Shown here piece by piece: positions 26,464-39,607 of a DNA stretch of 64,000 nucleotides (positions are counted from its first letter, which is position 1; every line of letters starts with the position of its first letter). The translations under genes were made by a program, and so were the position numbers. The DNA comes from Octopus vulgaris. Taxonomy: Eukaryota. The notes below the pieces were generated by a model. The model made no database searches. It had not been told where the DNA came from and was given only the letters and a program-made list of their open reading frames with translations. Where the stretch lies: the NCBI GenBank assembly GCA_951406725.2, contig OX597825.1, positions 15,810,001-15,874,000 of the forward strand, written 5' to 3'.

Positions 26464-27278
26464 ACACACACACTCGTTCGCAAACTTCAGCTAGAGTTTC
26501 TCTTGTCTTTCTCAGAAATTAAACTCCAGTTTGACACAAACCGGTCCCATTACTTTTGCATAACTGTTACACTATTTATCGCTCAAGGATTGTTGAAGCT
26601 TAAGGGTTAAGACATAAACCTGATAATAGGACTAACCTAAGTTTAGATTTATGTAAAAACTGAAGTTGCTGTGGAGGAAAATATTTTTTATTTACTTTTT
26701 ATTTTACTGTATTAAGTAAGAGTTGCTTCCCTCTGTAATTACTCTACATGGAGTTATCTCCCATATTTGATGGAAACTTTTCTAATTCATTTTTGCATTT
26801 GGTTTACAAGATTCTTTATGTGAATTGACGTGTTGAAGCATATTGAATTGTGTCTGGAGAGAGACGTTCTCTTTTAGTGCCTTATTATTTAACATACTCA
26901 ACGGTTCGATTTCCAGTCATTCACTTATTTATTTAGAGATGCAACACGGATTTTTGTCAGTGAACAGGTCGTGGTCTTAAATCGACGAAAATATTTTGAC
27001 AAATTAAACTTAAATGTTGAAGTGAATCGAACGGCTTTTGTGTGTTTCTTAAATGGCTTACAAACACATTCCACGCTGCAATTGTTTTCGTTTCAGCACA
27101 CGATCTCAGATCAAGTCACTTGCTATGCAAGTACATCTCCACTTATTTATATTTTTTCTAAAAGTTTCGTTGTTTCGTGTAACTTCTTCAATAGTCGTTG
27201 AATCTGTCCGTTATCAGACCTACGCTCTTTTTGTTTGTTTGTGCGCATGTGTATGCGTCAGTGTGCATGTGTATACTC

Positions 27279-27309
<31 letters not shown>

Positions 27310-27562
27310 TGTATGTATGTATGTATGTATGTATGTATGTGTGTATGTATGTATGTATGTATGTGTATGTATGCGTGTGTATGCATTTTTGTATGCGTGT
27401 GTGTACATTTGTATGTATGTATGTATACTGCATATTCATATGTTTGTGTGTTCATGTTTGTGTGTTTTGTGTGTATGTGTGTGTGTGTGTGTGTGTCCGA
27501 GTTAGCTATGTACCTATCTATCTATCTATTTCTCTATCTGTTTAGTTACATATTCATTTACC

Positions 27563-27627
<65 letters not shown>

Positions 27628-27748
27628 ATATTTGAAGGGCAAATGTATTAGAATTTTCTCTGATTTTTCAGATTTTTGTATGCGAGGCTACTGGTTTTAA
27701 ATTGATATTAATTAAATTAATATTCAATTTATCTCCCTCATTATTTAA

Positions 27749-27806
<58 letters not shown>

Positions 27807-27894
27807 ACATATATATATATATATGTATGTATATATAGAACAGCCTACTGACAATTCTACCTGTGTATATTTAAACTGTGGGTATTGGGGTATG

Positions 27895-29330
27895 ACTACC
27901 TTCTATTTATATTTCCTATTTAGTACTGGGGATGTTTCTTTTATGAGGACGTACTTCTGTATTTGTCTGAGTGTTGGGGTCCTTTGGGTGCTTGGATAAA
28001 TTTCAGATGTCAAGTTGACTAAGTGTGCGTCCACGTTGGTCTTTGGCATGTCGGTAGAGTATGGTGGACAGTTTTTTGTCGTCATATTGTCTCCAATGTA
28101 CATTTAGTCTCTCCGCATTGCTTCTGGATGTCTCACCCATGTATATCATGGTCTTGTCTTTACAAGCATCCTCTATGCACCATATGCTGTAAACTACATT
28201 TCTAGTTCTGCAGTTAATGCCAAGGTTAATCTTACATACCATGCAGCTATCATTGGTACATGTGGTATTCTCAGAGAGGTATATCATACTTAGTTGTGAT
28301 CTGATGAAGCTCCCGGGCTTTTCAACGACCTTAAAGTTGATTTTCCCCTCCTTCAAAGCTTTCCTAAATCTTCAGGCTAGTTCTTCGTGGGTTGTGACTT
28401 CTACAAACATCATTTCTTGGTATTTGTTGGTCTTGTACCACGTGTTCACCCTGTTTGTTTTGTTACAAACTCTTTGTATCCTATTCCAGTCCTTAATTCT
28501 AAATCTAGGGCAGGTATCACTGCTTTCATTACTTATAATGTTACCTAACTTCTTTCTAGATCCTCTGTATACCCCAATCCTATCTTGCTGGCTATATCCA
28601 GAGAACTGCATGCGGTGCATGAAGTTCTGTACATGTTTCTTTGTTTCATAGGGTTTGCAAATTGGGGGCATGTTGTTCGTTATCCTAAGTCTGCTATCAG
28701 TATGTTGATTTTCATGTTGTGTGACAAATCTGCGTTCTTGTGAACAACATTCTCTAGAAAAACGACGATGCCGTGGTGATCTCATTCTTGCTCACAACAT
28801 CATAAGCGGAAAGTGTAACCTCTCGAAGGAGCTGTTCTTCACTCCTGCTCCAGAGCGTCGGCTGCGGGGTCATTCCGAAAAGCTCTATCTGCGACGATTT
28901 CATCTCAATCGAAGAAGAGGGGCTTTCTCTGTCCGGGTTGCAAATCCGTGGAATAAGCTACCGGACGAGATAGTGAAGATGCCGACGACCGCTCGGTTCA
29001 AAGTCTCTCTTGACCAGAAATGGCCTGAACTCTTTGCATGAACACCCCTGTACATAACTCCATGTCCCCCTACATGGCCTTGCTTTTTGCTTTTTGAGCC
29101 AAAATTTAACTTAACTTAACATATGTAGGAGCTATGGGTTTCATGTAATAGGAGTGGAGGAGCTGCACTCTGTTGTTCCCAGTCTCTAACCAAAGATCAG
29201 TATCAAGGACCGGGAGTCTATTGTTAGTGTGCCTAGTGGGGTAATCTATTGTTACCTTGATACTTTGGTCGATGGAGTTTGCTACGTGTTGGATGCTCTC
29301 CATTATGCTCCTCTCGGTTTCTACATTATA
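27895..29330 (-). mobile_element. Penelope-like retroelement (RT C-terminus plus GIY-YIG), interrupted by a CR1
   Basis: RLPVLDTDLWL...YYMKPIAPTYV|VHKNADLSHNMKINIL rejoins in frame when the CR1 is removed. The downstream CMVC...NCRTRNVVYSIWC...IYMGETSRSNAERLNVH is a GIY-YIG domain. Confidence 0.9.
28750..29120 (+). mobile_element. CR1-clade LINE 3' end with (TTAAC)n tail
   Basis: Close relative of 14819-15287 (SLEKRRCRGDLILAHNIISGK...KWPELFA). AACAT at both junctions. Confidence 0.95.
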
Positions 29331-29379
29331 GTTACTAGAACGATTTATCGGTTTTAATTATGTCAGTGCAGATCATTCA

Positions 29380-32330
29380 GCAAATGCTTTATCTGGAAAA
29401 CTCCGATATCAAACGAGAATTACCGAGAGAAGAAAAATAAACAAAAAATTTAACCAGAACCAGGCAGAAATATACAGAGACATAAGAGGAGGAGCAGTGA
29501 ACATCCCAGAAGCTCCTTCATGAAAAGACTCCTCCTGGAGAAAAATCTGGAATGAAGAGAAGGAGTTTGACTAAGATGATCTGTGGCTGGAAGAAATCCG
29601 AAGAATTTATTGTTCTTGCGTTACACCCAAGACATGCAACATTGATGGTGAAACTCATGCAACTGTGATCCAGCAATTCCAGGATGGAAAAGCACCTGGA
29701 AGAGACCTGATTGTTGGGTATTGGTACAAGAAGCTAACATTCTACCGACCATATCTTATCAATCTGTACCAGCAAGCTCTCATTGGGAACAGTAGCGTAC
29801 CATACTGATTAGCTCTGGCAGAGACAAAATTGATCCTCACATGACAAAAAACTATCGACCTCCCGCAACTTGATTTTTTTAAAGCCTAGTACTTATTGTA
29901 GCAGTTTCTTTACTGAACTGCTAAGTTACGGGAACGTAAAGACACAAGCACCGGTTGTCATGGGGTTGTGGTGGGGGACAAACACAAATGCACACACACA
30001 CCCTCACAAACACACAGAAGACAGGCATTCTTTCAATTTCCATCAACAAAACACATTCACAAAGCTATGGTCGGCCCAAGGCTATAGTAGAAGATAAAGT
30101 TTACGTAATAGGACTGAACCCGGATCCATGTGGTTGGCAAACAGGCATCTTACCATACACCCATGCCTGCGCATATGTATGTATGTATGTTGCGGGAGGT
30201 CGATAGTTGCATGCCAGAACTTAACGTATAAGATATACACAGCATGTTTATACCTTTTCCTCCAGGACTATTGTGAAACCAATAACATCATCACAGCAGA
30301 ACAAGCAGCTGGGAAGAAGGGAGTCTGGGGATGTGCCGAGCAATTATTAATCAACAAAACTGTGATGTCAGAGATGCAAGAGCATAGGAGGAACCTAGTT
30401 TCAAAGTGGCTAGACTACAAGAAATCCTTTGACTCTGTTCCTCACTCATGGATGCTAGAAGCCGTTCAACTTGCTAAAGTTCCAGTGATCTGACTTCATC
30501 GTGGGCCACCGTCTTGAAATTAAGCACAAAGATTGACTGTATTATTACTGTTAGACTGCAGTATCGCAAAGGGATATTCCATGGGAACAGCATCTTTGTG
30601 ATGTTGTTTATACTTTCTGTAAACCCCTTGTCATTCATGTTAAGGAACTCTGAAGGATATCTCATTGGTTCACAAGGGAATAGAAATACCAAAATTACAC
30701 ACTGTTTCTTTGTGGATGACTTGAAACTTTCTGCATGAATATGCATGAGATGAAAAAGAGCCTTGACCTAGTTACAACATTCTCAAAAGATGTAGGGTTA
30801 GAGTTTGGTCAGGATAAATGTTGTTATGTGGTTGTGAAAAGGAGGAAAACTATAAACCAGAATATTAACATCTCCATCTATCATTTGACTGCCTCCCCTA
30901 TATCTAACGAGGAATGTAACGGGTATCTAGGGGTGGATGAAAACATAGCTTACAATGGCACTTGTAACAAAACACGTGTCACTAAAAAAAATATTACAGC
31001 TGAATAAAGAAAACTTTGACCTCAGAACTTTCTGAATTCAATAAAACAGTGGCCCACAATGTGTTTGCAGTGCCAGTACTCGTACCAACATTTGGGCTGG
31101 TTCATTGGACGCTTGAGATTCGAACCATTGACGTGAAAACCCGAAAAATACTAACAAGCACATATAATTTCCACATAAACAGTGACGTAGACCGCCTCTA
31201 CCTAAAATGATAACAAGGTGGCAGAGGCTTAACACCGATCCAAAATCCTTTTGAATGTTGTATCATGTCCCTTCGGCAACATCTTTTAACCACCAAGTGC
31301 ATCCTTTGACCAAGTTTGCGTACATGAGGCTGATAACATCATAAGACTTGGAAGGCAGCTCCTTGGGCAACAATCTTTGTCTGATAACCTAGAATACATA
31401 CCCAAAGACGTTCCCCGACCCTATCTTCAGATGAAAGGATGAGCCTATATGAGCAGAAGACTATGCATGGATATGTTGGTAAGTATTTCCGAGATGATAG
31501 TAACATCGATCATCAAAGCAGTTTATCATGAACCAATAGCCAGAGTACTACATCTCACTTTGGAGGGTATGCGTTTGCAATCCAGGAACAAGGAAATATC
31601 GACCAGGTACCAAGGGATAGAGATGCAGGAAAAGCAGCTAAATGTGACATATGATGCAGACTTTGTGGAGTTAACACCGAAGATATCAACGACATCACAA
31701 GCAACTGTCTGAAAATGTCATCACAGTATCACATCTGCCGATGAGACATGATGTTGTAGCTAGGACACTCTATGATGAAGTCAGTCGGAAGGATAACCCC
31801 GAGGACAAAGAAATACGAACCCACAATATGGTAGAAGCCATAGCCACTCATAATAAAAAGGAGAACTGGTGGAATGTCCCAGTGAAGACCTCATAAAATG
31901 TAAGCACAACAGACCTGATATAATGATTTGGGAGGGAGAAGAGAAACTGCACAGTTGTGGAAATCAGCTGCCCAGCAGATGTTAACATAACGCAGAAGAT
32001 CAGTAAAAAAGAGAATACCTACGCTGAACTATTGAGAAATCTGCGGTTACTCTATATAGATTACAAGTTCAGGTTTATATCTGTAATTATTGAGGCCCTG
32101 GAATATGCAACACATTACCTAGATACCAATCTTGAGAAATTAGGCTTCTCCAAACCAGAAAGGAGAAAGTTAATTCGAAGACTACAGATCCAAGCCATCA
32201 ATGGAACTGTAAAAATCATTTATCATTTAAATATATTTCAGCAAGTCTAGATATGCAACTATGATATGCATGAGAATACATACGTAAAGCAAAACATACA
32301 ATCTGCACACATATACAAACATACATACAT
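29380..32330 (+). mobile_element. Degenerate R4/Dong-clade non-LTR retrotransposon (RT plus zinc knuckle plus restriction-like endonuclease)
   Basis: Motifs in order: KAPGRDLIVGYWYKKL, KNYRP|VACQN, EQAAGKKGVWGCAEQLLIN, WLDYKKSFDSVPH, GIFHGNS, FVDDLKL, YLG, RLYL..GGRGL, EGYAFAIQEQ, CRLCG..ED.NDITSNC, RHDVV, NRPDI, VEISCP, KENTY. Many stops and frameshifts. Confidence 0.9.
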
Positions 32331-32754
32331 ACATACATACGTACGTACGTACATACATACATACATACATACATACATACATACATACGTACATACGTAC
32401 GTACGTACGTACATACATACATACATACATACATACATACATACGTACATACATACACGTACGGACGTACGGACGTATGTATGTATGTATGTATGTATGT
32501 ACGTACGTACGTACGCACGCACGCACGCACGTACGTACGTACGTATGTATGTATGTATGTACGTGTCTTTACGTTCCCGTAACTTAGCAGTTCAGTAAAA
32601 AAGACTGATAGAATAAGTGCAAGGCTTTAAAAAATTAAGTTGTGGGAGGTCGATCCATTCGACAAAAAAAAAATTCAAGGTGGTGCCCCAGCATGGCCGC
32701 AGTCTAATGACTGAAACAAGTAATAAATAAAAGATCGCGCTCACACACACACAA

Positions 32755-33627
32755 ATACATACATACATGCATGCATACATACATACATACATACATACAT
32801 ACATACATACATACATACATACATACATACATACATACATACATACCTACATACATACATACATACATACATACATACATACATACATACATACATACAT
32901 ACATACATACATACATACATACATACATACATGCATATCTACATACATACATACATACATACATACATACATACATACATGCATGCATACATACATACAT
33001 ACATACATGCATACATACATACATACATACATACATGCATATCTACATACAAACACACAAATACATACATACACAAATACATACATACATGCATGCATAC
33101 ATACATGCATACCTACATAAATACATACATACATACATACATACACACAAATACATACATACATACATGCATACCTACATAAATACATACATACATACAT
33201 ACATACATGCATGCATACATACATACATACATACATACATGCATATCTACATACATACATACATACATACATGCATACATACATACATACATGCATGCAT
33301 ACATACATACATGCATACATACATACATACATACATGCATACATACATGCATATCTACATACATACATACATACATACATACATACATACATACATACAT
33401 ACATACATACATACATACATGCATGCATACATACACACATACATACATGCATACATACACACATACATGCATACATACATACATACATGAAAACATGCAT
33501 GCATACATACATACATGCATGCATATATACCTACATACATACATATATACATACATATATACATACATATATACATATACAAATACATACATACATGCAT
33601 ACATGCATACATACATACATACACACA

Positions 33628-33659
<32 letters not shown>

Positions 33660-33875
33660 CAAATACATACATACACACATACATACATACATACATACAC
33701 ACATACATACATACATACATATATACGTACATACATACACACATACAAACATACATACACACATACATGCATACATACATACATACATACATACATACAT
33801 ACATACATACATACACACATACATACATACATACATACATACATACACACACACATACATACATACATACATACA

Positions 33876-33905
<30 letters not shown>
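32755..33905. repeat. About 1.15 kb degenerate (TACA)n microsatellite
   Basis: Direct reading. Source of the YIHT/MYVC pseudo-ORFs. Confidence 0.98.
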
Positions 33906-33906
<1 letters not shown>

Positions 33907-34122
33907 GCACACACAGTCAGACAGATTCCTATATAACCGCAAAACGTGGTTGGTACGGTTGGAATGCCTTTGATCAATTGTTATTGAAAGACGTTAACGA
34001 AATGTCCGAACAGGATTTAAAAACCGGTGAACCACGAGTAAATGTAGAGCGGTGAACAAAATGCGAATGTTTTGGCATGAAATTCCGTCGAGGTCAACTT
34101 TATCTGTCATGCTTCCAGGATC

Positions 34123-34425
34123 GGGCAATCCTTTGGTATAGGTACCGGAAGTGGCTTTGTTTACATTCCTGAAGGAAACAAAAACCCTTTTCTCCCACCC
34201 CTAACTCTAACCCTAACCCCCGATATATATATAAAAAAAATACTGGCGTAACTTCGGTATACGTACCGGAAGTACCGGATACATTTCAAGAAAGTGTTTT
34301 TTTTTATATATATGGTGGGGGGTTAGGGTTAGGGTTAGGGGTCGGAGAAAAGGGTTTCTGTTATCTTCAGAAATGTAAACAAAGCCACTTCCGGTACTTA
34401 CAGGACGTATACCGAAGTTATGCCA
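34123..34425. mobile_element. Small TIR element(s) with a (TTAGGG)n-like core; second copy at 40548-40849
   Basis: 21-bp TIR TGGCGTAACTTCGGTATACGT / ACGTATACCGAAGTTA(T/C)GCCA bounds 34244-34425. An inverted partial relative lies at 34123-34243. Confidence 0.7.
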
Positions 34426-36195
34426 TGTTTTAATATTTGTTTTGTTCTTTTTTAGAAGACGTCCGAGAATTAAACAAAATTATATTCAAAAGAATTTCAA
34501 ATTTTTGATAACTATAAATAAAGATTATTTTAAATCCAATTATAATTTTTCTTAATTGGTAGTTTACAAACCGACGTTATATAAGCCTTAGTTTCGTAGT
34601 ATTACAAAGTACGCGGTGTTATTGCTTAGTTACTGCTTTCATAATGTACTCGAGTGAACGCTTTGAGTAGCCGGACAACTAAAAACAGTAGTTTTGCCTA
34701 TATTTTATCAGATATGAGGTTTTTGTTATACTGTCGGACGTTACAAAAGACGAAAGTAAGTCACAAGTATATTTATATCCTTTTTATTTAATAATTATAG
34801 CCTAAATATTCCGTGTAATTAATATATTAAATATAATTGCATCATGTGTTGGGGTGAAGGGAGATAACTCTAATGTAACTTTACCAACTTGGACCTTTTT
34901 TCTGCAATGCAAAATTTTCACTAATTGGATTATATGAAATTCTGTTGCTCGCTCTTTAAGCAAATAAAAAGATAAACTGCGACTTCGTGGGGCTTTCTGA
35001 ATGGCACACCTACAAGAAAAATTATCTTTCTTTTTTTTTTTTTAATGCAGCCCTTTCTATGATGAATTATGCCTCATGAGGCCTGCTTTTCCAAAAGGTT
35101 GACCATGCCTTTTTTATAAATGATTTCATCTTCATATCTGGCCGTGCTTCTACAACATGTTTGTGTGTACGTTAGCATGCCGGGCGAAATGCGTCGCCGT
35201 ATTTCGTCTGCCGTACGTTCCGGGTTCAAATTCCGCCGAGGTCGACTTTGCCTTTCATCCTTTCGGAGGTCGATAAATAAGTACCAGTTACGCACTGGGG
35301 TCGATGTAATCGACTTAATCCGCTTGTCTGTCCTTGTTTTTCCCCTCTGTGTTTAGCCTCTTGTGGGTAGTAAAGAAATAGGTATATATATTTCTTTATT
35401 GCCCAGAAGGGGCTAAACATAGAGGGGACAAACAAGGACAGACGAAGGGATTGAGTCGATTATATCGCCTCCAGTGCGAAACTGGTGCATGTATACATAT
35501 ATAGATATATAGTAACGTCATTCACGCACTAATTAGTGCGTCAAACTCATTACCACACAATGAATTAAAATTCGTATTTACTTATACTAATTTTAATTCA
35601 TTCATATATACCTAATTCATTTATAGGTGTTACTTTCCTCTCTCTTTCTTAAATGTATTATTTTGAATAAATATTTCCGGCTTTCCTTTATTTCCTATCG
35701 TTATGTATAACAACTATTTCATCTATCTCAAGATGAAATAGAACTACCTGTAATATACTCGGGTTGATTCAGTTGACTCTAACCTCGTCCCGTATATATA
35801 AAATAAAAAATAAATAACCTTGTGTTTTAGCAAAGGTGATATCCGTGTTCTCTCTTTCGATTATGAAAAAATTAGGATTACACAGAATAGACAGCTTGTT
35901 CAGGTACTTGGGACCACTCTGCGATACAAGTATCGCTTATTCACTAAAATAATTTAATGCAATGTATAAGGACATGTGTATATATTCTCAATAAGTTGTT
36001 GGGGGTCTTTTCTACTTTCTTGTTTGTTTTGAGTAGCCCCAGTTAGTTCTTTTTAAGCAAGAAACGGTTAACCGTACGATGTTCCTAATTAACTTTAATA
36101 ATTCTGTCTTTATTGTAGGACAAGTTGTTCCTAGTTTTAAGGACAGAATTGAGTTTGTTGTAGATTATTAAGCTATTACATTGAATAATATATAT

Positions 36196-36411
36196 CAGCG
36201 ATTCCCAACCTGTGGTCCGCAAAGGTAGTACTGGGGGTCCGTGAACTAAATTCAAAACTTCGGTACTAGTAGTAGAGACTGGACCCGGTGCGAGTACCAA
36301 AACTTCATAGGCACACATGCACACATAACGATGAGCATATTAAAAGGGGTTCGTGGAAAATCTCATTTGAATAAAAGGGGTCCTTGATAGTGCAAAAGTT
36401 GGGAACCACTG
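36196..36411. mobile_element. hAT-type MITE; counterpart at 42448-42715
   Basis: TIRs CAGCGATTCCCAAC / GTTGGGAACCACTG, of the Charlie/hAT type. Confidence 0.75.
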
Positions 36412-37269
36412 ATTTTATATCATAGGAGCTCCTTCTTAGCTTGATCGGTTCACAAAATAAATAAGAGACTTGAGTGAAACTTAGCTGCTACTTTGAGTCA
36501 GTGGAGTGACTTCGTCGAAGTTCTTCCGTGTATTCATAATAATAATAATAATGAAATTATTGTATACAGTGCTCAGGTGCACCACATCTATTCAAGTTTA
36601 CAGATTTAACCGATATCTTTCTTATTTTATACTCTCATCAGATCGATCGTTTATAAGGCCTTTTTTTTTTGTTACCTATCACCTTTAACAATTAATTACG
36701 TAATTGACTTTATTGTGCGTAGGCGAAAGGACTTGTAACGTGCTTAGCTTTCCCAATGTATTTAGTGACTTAAGTGATTTTCGCTCATTAAACGCCAATA
36801 ATTAAAATAGTTATGAATAATCACAACTCGAAATATGAATGCATACAACAACAACAGCAGCAACAAAAAACACTGATTAATTCGATGTAAGCTGTCGACA
36901 AATTAATTGTCCTCCTTGTGTGTTAGATAAGATCAAAACGGCAAATCAGCGCCACAAAATTTTCTTCTCGTTAATTTAGTTTACTTTCTGTAAGGAATTC
37001 TTTTAACCCTGCTATTACCAGACATTGAGTTACCAACAAGGAAAATGTAACGAAATATCATGATGCGTAATATCACTTGTTGGAAATCAATTATTATTTA
37101 ACTGCGCGGTCACACCCAATACGCGGAAAAAAAAGTCACCAGTTTACGAACATAAATGCAGATAACAGTGTTAAGAAACACCTCAGATCTCTTGATCACT
37201 TTACGTAACCTTGTTTTAAAACTACCTATCTATCTACCTATCTATCTACCTATCTACCTATCTATCTAC

Positions 37270-37320
<51 letters not shown>

Positions 37321-38181
37321 CCTATCTATTAATCTATCTATCTATCTATCTACCTATCTATTAATCTATCTATCTATCTTTCTATCTATCTAGCTATCTC
37401 ACACATGCTTGAAAGACTTTCACATTTTTAGCCTCGCTGCATAAAGTAAACAAAATGGTGACGCTACAGATTCTTTTCGTTTTGTTTTTCTCTCTTTGGT
37501 CAAGACAAGGAGGATCCCTATAAGTAGTTTCCAATCCTTTTAGAGCTTCGTCAAAGGCATAATCCCTATGTTTTGAAGATAGTTAAGTAATAGCTTATTA
37601 CCATATCATCGTCAACGGCCGTTTTCCGTGCTGGCATGGGTTGGACAGTTCGACAAAAGCTTTCAAGGATGCTTTATGTTGTGTCTCTAATTTAACTGTT
37701 AAGCTGATAGAATACTTAAGCAACATGGATTAGCAACCATTATCCCTGCTTATGCACCTCAACCAGGGCTACCTGATCAACAGAAAAACCGATTTTATGA
37801 CACCCTCTTGCAGACTACCTTGTCGACAAATGACAGGGACCTTCTCTTTGTGGCTGGCGACTTCAGTGGGTATGTTGGACAACATGCAGGGGGCTTCCAT
37901 GGTATACATGGTGGCTATGGATTTGGTCCCTGCAATGAGGAGGGAACCAAGCTGCTAGAGTTCTGTGATGCAAATGATCTTATGGTCTGTATTACTAACT
38001 TCAGGAAACCTGCCAGTCACCTGTTCACCTACCATTCTGGTTGACACTAGTTAGATTGACTACATTCTTGCCAGGAAACGGGCAAGATGGCTACTTATAA
38101 ATGCCAAAACCTTCCCAGGTGAAGAATGCACCCCACAACATAGGTTAATAGTTAGTGACTTCAGGACCAAGGCTAAATAGA

Positions 38182-38281
38182 NNNNNNNNNNNNNNNNNNN
38201 NNNNNNNNNNNNNNNNNNNNNNNNNNNNNNNNNNNNNNNNNNNNNNNNNNNNNNNNNNNNNNNNNNNNNNNNNNNNNNNNN
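38182..38281. other. Scaffold gap (100 N)
   Basis: Exactly 100 Ns, the usual placeholder for a gap of unknown size. Confidence 0.99.
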
Positions 38282-38544
38282 GGATTTATAATAACCTGCC
38301 CGTCGAGGCAAGGTATTGTAACGGTAAATAAACATTTCACTAAAACTTTATACACTTTGTTCTTTCACATCTTACAACATGCAATTATAATAACAAATTA
38401 TCATCGTCACACCAGCTGACTAACAACACATCATCATAATATTGTTTACCAAATCAATTTCTCCCGTTACAATTGGTAACATCCACTAATCAATTTTAAC
38501 CGTTACAACTATATCATTTATCATTTAAATATATTTCAGCATGT

Positions 38545-38875
38545 GGCGCAGGAGTGGCTGTGTGGTAAGTAGCTTGCTAACCAGCCACATGGTTCCGGGT
38601 TCAGTCCCACTGCGTGGCATCTTGGGCAAGTGTCTTCTGCTATAGCCCTGGGCCGACCAATGCCTTGTGAGTGGATTTGGTAGACAGAAACTGAAAGACG
38701 CCTGTCGTATATATGTATATATGTGTATGTGTGTTTGTGTGTCTGTGTTTGTCCCCCTAGCATTGCTTGACAACCGATGCTGGTGTGTTTACGTCTCCGT
38801 CACATAGCGGTTCGGCAAAAGAGACCGATAGAATAAGTACTGGGCTTACAAAGAATAGGTCCCGGGGTCGATTTG
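38545..38875 (+). mobile_element. Family A SINE
   Basis: Consensus match. Confidence 0.9.
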
Positions 38876-39205
38876 TATATATATATATATAATTCTTTAT
38901 GAGGAGTAAAGACGACGACTCCTGGGGGTTGTCAACGTTCGGTACATCCTACCCCTTGGCAGTCATCTGTGGGACAGTGCCAAAACATGCAGTTCCCCAC
39001 ACAACTGTAGCATATGAGAAAGACAGCAGCTAGAAAGACCACACTGCATATCGTGCAGGGTTTCCTTTCTAAGAAGAAACTGGTGAGGTAGAGCACCATG
39101 AACATGGCATGGTTATAGATGAAAGCTGGGTTCAGAGATGGATGAATTAAATGAAGTTGTTAGTCTTAGTTTTTAACAATAATTCCATTCACACGATATA
39201 TATTA

Positions 39206-39250
<45 letters not shown>

Positions 39251-39506
39251 ATCCTAGTATTTTACTGGTACTTTATTTTATCCACCCTCGAAGGATGAAA
39301 GGCAAAGTTAACCTCGGCGGGATTTGAAAACAGTAAGTAAAGAACCGTAACTAAATACCGCAAGGTATTTCGTCCGATGCTCTACCGATTCAACCAATCC
39401 ACAGTCATGTCTATATATGTGTATATTCCTCTTTTTGTGTTGTTGTTTTTTCTTTTTACAAATGGCCGCAGTCAAATGACTGAAACAAGTAAAAGAGTAA
39501 AGAGTA

Positions 39507-39576
39507 TGTCTAGATATGCAACTATGATATGCATGAGAATACATACATAAAGCAAAACATACAATCTGCACACACA

Positions 39577-39607
<31 letters not shown>

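Larger units (their letters stand above)
32242..38181 (+). repeat. Segment copy 1 (duplicated at about 39507-44404)
   Basis: Collinear identity from GTCTAGATATGCAACTATGATATGCATGAG to CAGGACCAAGGCTAAATAGA. Confidence 0.95.

Noticed and set aside
32771-34055. Long ORFs of 200-280 aa on both strands
   Set aside because: Translations of (TACA)n (YIHT/MYVC). The same applies to most ORFs in the track.
34195-34345. Telomere or chromosome-fusion site
   Set aside because: Only 3-4 units per arm, inside a small TIR element, and in CCCTAA-then-TTAGGG order, the opposite of an end-to-end fusion.
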